From the human T2T-CHM13v2.0 reference genome, Homo sapiens: a stretch of 64,000 nt of DNA. The position numbers were made by a program, and so were the translations under genes. The notes under the pieces were generated by a model, which did not search any database, had not been told where the DNA came from, and worked only from the letters and a program-made list of their open reading frames with translations. Shown piece after piece: positions 56,441 to 64,000 of the stretch. Within the stretch, counting starts at the first letter, position 1. Each line of letters opens with the position of its first letter. The stretch lies in the NCBI RefSeq assembly GCF_009914755.1, contig NC_060929.1; one strand, written 5' to 3'.

Positions 56441-57066
56441 CATCATGCCTTTCTTATTTTTCAATCATTTTCCCAACATGACAATTAGTGGAGTCAGTGG
56501 CTCATTACTGGGGACATATGGCTAGGTTTGCTTTGTTTTATACATGTATTATATTTGTTACGGCATTTATTCCAGTTAAAAGATATATAATATATGCACA
56601 GATCGTAAGACATGTGCTAATAATTCCCTGACTGATTCTAATGATTTTCTTGGTACTTTTCTTCTTGTTTCAGCTCTGTATGTTTACTGAGAATTTCTGA
56701 ATATCACAAATTACAATTGGTGGAAAGCTTTTGTTTTTACCACCTCGATTGAATTTGGCCACTGTGGCAGGAGATTTTTACAATGCCAAATATTCAACCA
56801 AGATTTACTGAGCCCTTAATTTATATTTGGCAAAAAGAAGAATATTGATTGTTTAAAGCATTGATCTTGTCAAAAAGTAGATAGGAAAAGCACATTACTA
56901 TTTTTAATAATAATAACAAAATAATTTTTCAATTAGACTTATATAAGGTTTCAAAATATAACAAATATAAATTTCCAATAAAATTATTAAATTCAACAAT
57001 AAACAAATAACTTTAAATTAAGTCCACAAGCATGAGTTGTTCTTCTCCTATCACACCTGTCAAATA

Positions 57067-57382
<316 letters not shown>

Positions 57383-58093
57383 TCAAATACAATTTTTAAT
57401 GTGAAAATAATCACTTAAATGCATTTTTCCTGTATAGCAGATTATTGCACAGTTAATTAACTGTTTTATTATATTTATGTTGCTTAAAGCTTCACAAGAG
57501 TCACTGCATTTCAACTTACTACTACCCAAATAATTTTATTAATATGCACTTATCTTAAAGTCTATGCCTTAATAAAATTTTATGTATAATTATGTTAAAT
57601 ATTACATGCTGTGTATTTGCCAAGCTATATTATTTATGAATATTGGTTCTAATGGCAGCGTTTGGTTTGAAGCATCAAACATTCATTTTATATTTTATAA
57701 TAAACTATAATTACTAGTTTGGAGAAAAAAATGAAAGCATACATTGATTTAAAGAGCTAAATGTCACACATGTTACATAATAGAATGGTTTTAAGCCAGC
57801 ATCAGATGCTTTACAGAATGCTTTTAGGAAAGAAAATTTACAGCTAATGGAACTTTGGGAAATAAAATTATAAGAAATAATTACCTGTGACACATTCATA
57901 AAGGAATAAGGATTTGAACAACATTTGAGGCAGGATTAGCATCTTGACTCACATTTTAAAAATTAGCCAACAACCTGATTTCATTCAAGAAATGATTGTT
58001 CTTTTCATTTGAGATTATTAAAAGGGAAGTATTATTATTCTGTCTGAAAGAGGCTTGAAGACAGAAATTCCCCAAGTTGGGTTTATTTTAAAA

Positions 58094-58716
58094 ACTGTTG
58101 GTGGGACTGTAAACTAGTTCAACCATTGTGGAAGTCAGTGTGGCCATTCCTCAAGGATCTAGAACTAGAAATACCATTTGACCCAGCCATCCTATTACTG
58201 GGTATATACCCAAAGGATTGTAAATCATGCTGCTATAAAGACACATGCACACGTATGTTTACTGCAGTACTATTCACAATAACAAAGACTTGGAACCAAC
58301 CCAAATGTCCATCAATGATAGACTGGATTAAGAAAATGTGGCACATATACACCATGGAATACTATGCAGCCATAAAAAATGATGAGTTCATGTCCATTGT
58401 AGGAACATGGATGAAGCTGGAAACCATCATTCTGAGCAAACCATCGCAAGGACAGAAAACCAAACACTGCATGTTCTCACTCATAGGTGGGAGTTGAACA
58501 ATGAGAATACTTGGACACAGGGTGGGGAACATCACACACTGGGGCCTGTCTTGGGGCAGGGGGAGCGGGGAGGGATAGCATTAGGAGATATACCTAATGT
58601 AAATGACGAGTTAATGGGTGCAGCAAACCAACATGGCACATTTATACATATGTAACAAAACTGCACGTTGTGCACATGTATCCTAGAACTTAAAGTATAA
58701 TAAAAAAATTTAAAAA
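58094..58716 (+). mobile_element. L1PA4/5 3' end (ORF2 C-terminus and 3' UTR)
   Basis: ORF 58126-58497 WKSVWPFLKDLELEIPFDPAI...HCMFSLIGGS is the ORF2p C-terminus; followed by the 3' UTR and A tail. Confidence 0.96.
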
Positions 58717-58724
58717 GCTAGCTC

Positions 58725-60990
58725 AATATTCAGAGATCAATGTCATCCACCATATTAGCAGTCAAAAGAAGAAAAACCACATTATTGCATCAATTTATGT
58801 AGTTAAAGCATTTGACAGAACCCAACACCTACTCTTAACAAACTAGTATTAGAGAGAAACTTCAACTCCATAAAGAGCATCTACAAAAAAGTCCTACAGT
58901 TAACATCATACATAACATTGCAAAGGTGAATGCTGTCCTGCTATATAGAAAAAACGGTAAGGATGCCCACTCTCATCACTCTTATTCAGCATACGACTAG
59001 CCAGTGACATAAGGCAAGATAAGAAAAAGAAATGCACACAGATTAGAAGAGAATAAATAAAACTACCTTATGTGTGCATATGACAGGATTGTTCGTGTAG
59101 AAAATCCCAAGGTACCCAAAGAATCTCCTAGAACTAGTAAGTGAGTTTTGCAACACCACAGAAGGTCAAAACAAGTAAGTCAATATTTTGATATATTATC
59201 ACAGAATATTTTGAAACTGAAAAAATATGATTTACAATAGCTTTAAATAAATCTGACAAAACACGTAGACGATCTATAAGCTGAAAACTTCAAAATGCTG
59301 ATGAAAAACCTAAATATATGAAATGCTAGGTTTAACTCATTTTCCTTCAATAATCTGGCATGAATTCTTATAGATATGGTTAAATCTAAAATTATATGGA
59401 AATGAAGAAAGAACTAGAATAACACAATTTTAAATTAAGAAGAAAAAAATCGAAAGACCATACAACCAGATTTTAAAATTTAGTATATTTCTACAGTGAT
59501 GGAAAGGCTGTGGTTTTGCACAGAAATAGACACACAGATCAATGGAACCAATGAAAATTGAGAAATAGAACCAGAAATGTAGAATCAACTGAATTTTGAG
59601 ATAGGCGCAAAGAAAGAGGAGTGTTTTCAAAAGTGATGTTGGTGCAATTATGCATCCATATGCAAAAGAATGATTCTTGACATAAGCCTTATACCTTTCA
59701 AAAAATCAAATCAAAATAGATAATTGGTACCAATTAAAAATATACAATTACAAAACGTTCAGAAGACAACAAAAGAAAAAAAATCTATGTGACCTATGAA
59801 TAAGCAAGCAGTTTGTGAACTCATAAAATAAAAAAGTAATAAATTGGACTTTTTCAAAGTTAAAACTATTTGCTCTGCCAAAGACACTATAAGATAACCA
59901 CACAATGGGCAAAAATATTTTCCAATAATATATCCAGCGAAGAACTTGTATTCAGGATATAAAAAAGGGTTCTTTAAACTTAACATTAAGAAAACAAATA
60001 ATCCAATCAGAAAATTAAATACACTTCACCAAAGGGTATGTATAGCTGACAAATTACTACATGAACAAATATTTAACATCAGTAGGCATTAGAATAATGC
60101 AAATTAAAGCAAAAATTAGATATCATTATATAACTACTAGAATGGGATAAATAAATAAATAAATGAATAAATTTGCTCCACCAAGTACGGATAAGGCTGT
60201 GAAGCTCTAGAATCTCTTACATCTTGCTGGTGAAGACACAGATGTGTAGTAACTTGGAAAAGAATGCTGGCAGTTTCTTGGAAAGCTAAATATACAGTTA
60301 TCACATGCCTCAGCCATCCCATTTCAGCATATTTATCCTGGAGAACTGAAAACGTATATTCAGGAAAAGAACCTGTACACATATTTCATATCATCTTTAT
60401 TAGCAGTAGCCCCAAAATGAAAAAAATCTTTGATGTCCTTGTGTAGGAGAATGAATAAACAAACTGTCATTCATCCATATAATAGCATATCATTCAGCAA
60501 TAAAAAGGAACAATTCACTGATGTGCACAATTTTAATGAATATAAAAAACTTTATGATAAGAGAAAATAATCTGTCTCAATGGGTTGCATAGTATATGGT
60601 TCCATTTATATAAAATCAAAATAACAAGCGGTGTTGCCAGAGTTAAAGTGTGGAGAGATGACATGACTATGACAGGGTAATACAGGAGTTTCTTTGGGGT
60701 GATGCAATTCTTGCCTATTCTGATTGCGGTGTTGGTTGCAAGAATCGATACATGTGATAAAATTTTGTGAACTTCTACAAATACAAACGAGTGCATAAAA
60801 AATAATAAATTCTGTATAAGGTCTGCAGCTAACAGTATTGTACCAATGTCTATTTTCTAGATTTGATAATTATGCTATGGTTATGTAAGATGCTATCATT
60901 TGGGGAAGTCAGGTGAAAGGAAGGTGAGAACCTTCTCATTATTTCTGCAACTTCTACAACAGTCTAAAATTATTTAAAAATGAAAGTTTA
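58725..60990 (+). mobile_element. Old L1MC-type element, ORF2 RT region to 3' end
   Basis: aaagcatttgacagaa, aggatgcccactctcatcactcttattca, 3' end tgcaacttct..gtctaaaattatttaaaaa. Confidence 0.85.
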
Positions 60991-61012
60991 CAAATAATAT
61001 ATTCAGATATTT

Positions 61013-61054
61013 TATATATATGTGTGTGTGTGTTTATACATACACACACACACA
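61013..61054. repeat. (TA)n(TG)n..(CA)n self-complementary microsatellite
   Basis: tatatatatgtgtgtgtgtgtttatacatacacacacacaca. Confidence 0.85.
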
Positions 61055-61155
61055 CCATGGCATACATAATAATGGGGTAAATGCTAGTGTATATTTCCAA
61101 GATTTCCATTTTTTTACATAGTTGGTGCCATGTTGTAATACATTTTTTTAAAAAA

Positions 61156-62008
61156 TGTAATACTGTCTTGCTCTGGTTATAAGGTCTTGGCTAGAGGCCA
61201 GTCAGGTCTCTTCTTGAGCAGCTGATTAAGTCCACACCCAAACCACTTCCTTTATGGGGCTTTCACACCTTTCACATTCCAGGCCTCTATGAACCTGCCC
61301 TAATTGTTCTAGGGCCAAGTATGACAACTAGAGACAGAGCTTTTGTCATGGAGCCCATGACATTATTCAAATTATCAAAGTGTTATGGGCTGATTTGCAT
61401 CCCCATTGCGTCCCCCTCAATTTAATATGTTGAATCCTTAACGCTTCATACCTGAGAATCAACTATATTTGGTAACAGGGTCTTTAAGAGGTAACTAAGT
61501 TAAGATGAGGTAATTAGGGTGTGTCCTAATTCAGTATCACTGGTGTCCTTGTAAAGAAGAGGAAATCAGGCTATATGAACATATAGAGGAAAGATTATGT
61601 CAGGGCAGTGGGAGAAGAAACCAAAAAGAAACTCTCAGAAGAAACCAACCTTGCCAACACTTTAATCTTGGACTTCAAGACTCCAAAATTGTGAGAAAAT
61701 AAATTTCCATTGTTTAAGCCACCTAGTCTATATTAGTTTGTTATGGCAGCCCTAGCAAACTAATGCATCAATCTTCAGAGAGCACAAACACCTAGCTACT
61801 AACCCCATTCCACTCAACATATGTGAACTGCCTCTAGCAGCTCCAGCTTGCTGTTTAACCGTGTCCCTGCATGTGACACCTTGTGTGACCCTACCTGGCA
61901 GCCTTCTCTCACTTGCAGCTGTAAGCAGCAAAGACTTCTTCCTTTCATCTCTTCAAGCACCAGTGTGTTCTGTCCTACCATCAATGAATCTCTAAATTTC
62001 AAAAAACA
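61156..62008 (+). mobile_element. ERVL LTR of the MER74/MER88/LTR53 group, split by MLT1B
   Basis: ttcttgagcagctgattaagtccacacccaaaccacttcc..gacaactagagacag..attattcaaatt, resuming after 61767. Confidence 0.7.
61381..61767 (+). mobile_element. MLT1B solo LTR
   Basis: tgttatgggctga..agggtctttaa..agaagaaaccaaccttgccaacac..ttatggcagccctagcaaactaatgca. Confidence 0.92.
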
Positions 62009-62014
62009 AATATT

Positions 62015-62850
62015 AATTTTAGGGTATCCTGTGAAAAGTTAAGAATGTATATTGTAGTACCTAAACAAGCCACTAAAAATGATGCACAGAAGTATCAGTA
62101 GTAAGCTGACAGACATATTACAATAAGATCCTAGGAGATATTCAAGTTATCCAAGGAAAACAGGGAATAAACAGCACCTAAATTGTTTAATATTAACGGA
62201 CAAAACACCCAGTTAAAAGATGGATCCAGCTAATTGTTGTATACATGAGATGCACTCACAATATACAGACACAGAACTGTAGGAGTAAAAATGGTTGTAA
62301 AAATGTAACTACAAACAGTGACTCTAAGAGGCCTGAAATAGCTATATTAATATAAAATAAAGTACAAAACAGCAAGTACTACCTGTGATAAAAAAATGAC
62401 ATCTCACAATGATAAAAGTGTCAAGCCTATAGGAAGACATAATAAACTTAAGTGTGTATGTACAAAATAACAACTCCTCAAGGTAAAGTTGACAGGATCC
62501 AAGGGGACAATGAATTTTTCTTCAATTTTATTTGGAAAAATGTGAAACAATGTCTTAGCAATTGATAGAATTACTTAAAAAATTGAGGACAAAGGTGATC
62601 TGAACTAAACCTTATGAAGAATTCCACCCTGCCAATTTAGAATACAGATTTTTTTTTCATATTTGTGTGGTGGTGTATTTACTAATGTAGAACATATGTT
62701 GTATGACAAAATAGCATCAAATAATTTAAAAGAACTGGAATAACACAGTGTGTGCTGACCACAATAGCATTTAGTTAGCTATCAATAAAATATCTTGTTT
62801 GAACCTAACTATTTGGACATTAACATAAAGCTTAATAACCAATGGGTAAA
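62015..62850 (+). mobile_element. Old L1M ORF2 endonuclease-region fragment
   Basis: ccagttaaaaga..ttgttgtatacatgaga..gctatattaatat..ggaagacataa..gcaattgataga. Confidence 0.7.
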
Positions 62851-62864
62851 AAGTAACTTGTAAA

Positions 62865-64000
62865 CAGAATGAGCTCTTCATTGATTAGTGTTCGCATGAT
62901 ATGTCTTTCTCCAATCCTTTCACTGTAACCAATCTAAGTCTTTAAATTTAAAGTGGGTTTCTTATAAACACAACATAATAGGGTATTTTTTAATCCACTC
63001 TGGCAATCTGTCTTTTAATTGGTGCATTTAAAATGATTATTAATATAGTTGGATTAATATATACCATGTATGTGAATGTCTTCTATTCATTCCATTTGTT
63101 CTTTGTTTCCTTTTTATCTTTTTCTGCCTTCTATGGTTTTAATTGCACATTTTATATAATTCCATTTTATCTCCTCTTAGCATAGTAACTATACTTCTTG
63201 TTTTAATATTTTTAATAGCTGCCTTAGAATTTCCAGTATCCATTTTAACTAATATAAATTCATCTTCAGATAACACTATAGTGCTTCATGTATAACGCAG
63301 GTACTTTATAAAAAAGTATTCCCAATTTTTCCCTTTTGCTCCTTATAATATTGCTGTGATTTATTTTGCTTATTCATATGCTAAAAACACCCAATATATT
63401 TTTACCTTTATTTCAAACAAAGTTATTTTCAAATTGATTAAGAAAAAGGAAAATTGATCTCTTCTTTATTTATTCCTTCTATAACACTCTTCCTTTATGT
63501 AGATTTGAGACTTGTAAAAGCTAAATTGCACCACACACTAGTTAAAAACAGCAAAGAAGACTTATTTAACTATTACAATAAGGGAGAGAGCTTGAACTCA
63601 ACTCAGCTGAAGCAAAAGGTGAGGCCATCCGTGTTTGCTAATAGCCACTTATGAAATTTAGGCTCCTATTCTCCCACAGATCTGAGAAAGTCTATTTCTC
63701 CTTCACTTTTGAAACAGTTTCACTGGATATAGATTATGGGTTACTGGGCTTTTTTTTTTTTTTTACCACTTTAAATATTTAACTATCCTTTTTTTGTGCA
63801 TTCATAGTTTCTGACAGGAGATCCACTGAATTTCTTAGGCATATGCCTCTGTGAGTATGGTGTTTTCCCTCTCTCTCCTTTGAGTTATTTTAAGACCTTT
63901 GTCTTTGGTGTGCTACAGTTTGAATACGATATGTCAAAATGTAATTATTTTTCCTTTGGTGGTGTTCTTTGAGCTTTCTAGATCCATGTTTAGAGTCTGA
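62865..64000 (-). mobile_element. Old L1M (MC/MD-type), running off the window edge
   Basis: tttaaagtgggtttcttata, ttaatccactctggcaatctgtcttttaattgg, gagaaagtctatttctccttcacttttgaa. Confidence 0.8.
63512..63682 (-). mobile_element. ERV1-class LTR fragment (MER31/MER67-like)
   Basis: tgtaaaag..aattgcaccacac..gttaaa..gaagactt..ctattacaataagggagagag..ttaggctccta.tctcccacaga. Confidence 0.6.

Noticed and set aside
58126-58497. 123-aa ORF with clear protein homology
   Set aside because: L1 ORF2p C-terminus of a 5'-truncated L1PA copy lacking a promoter and the EN and RT domains

Overview
AT-rich primate genomic DNA, human-like because AluY and L1PA4/5 copies are present. I found no protein-coding exon, RNA gene, CpG island or prokaryotic feature. 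The window is a layered record of transposable elements: 13 Alu/FRAM copies (11 on the minus strand), an end-to-end but decayed L1PA15/16 (40187-47056), two L1PA4/5 3' ends, many old L1M, L2 and MIR fragments, MaLR/ERVL LTRs (THE1D with internal region, THE1B, MST, MLT1, MLT2) and DNA transposons (Tigger3/4, MER33, MER46C, MER107). The longer ORFs in the track derive from repeats or look like chance frames. Repeat subfamily names come from recalled consensus sequences, not a database search. I found no convincing new biological system. The best leads are DNA-repair and template-switch scars (an L1 ORF1 piece inside MER33, a local duplication, newly perfect palindromes), possible plus-strand non-coding exons including LTR-derived splice sites, and a cluster of RFX X-box-like motifs.
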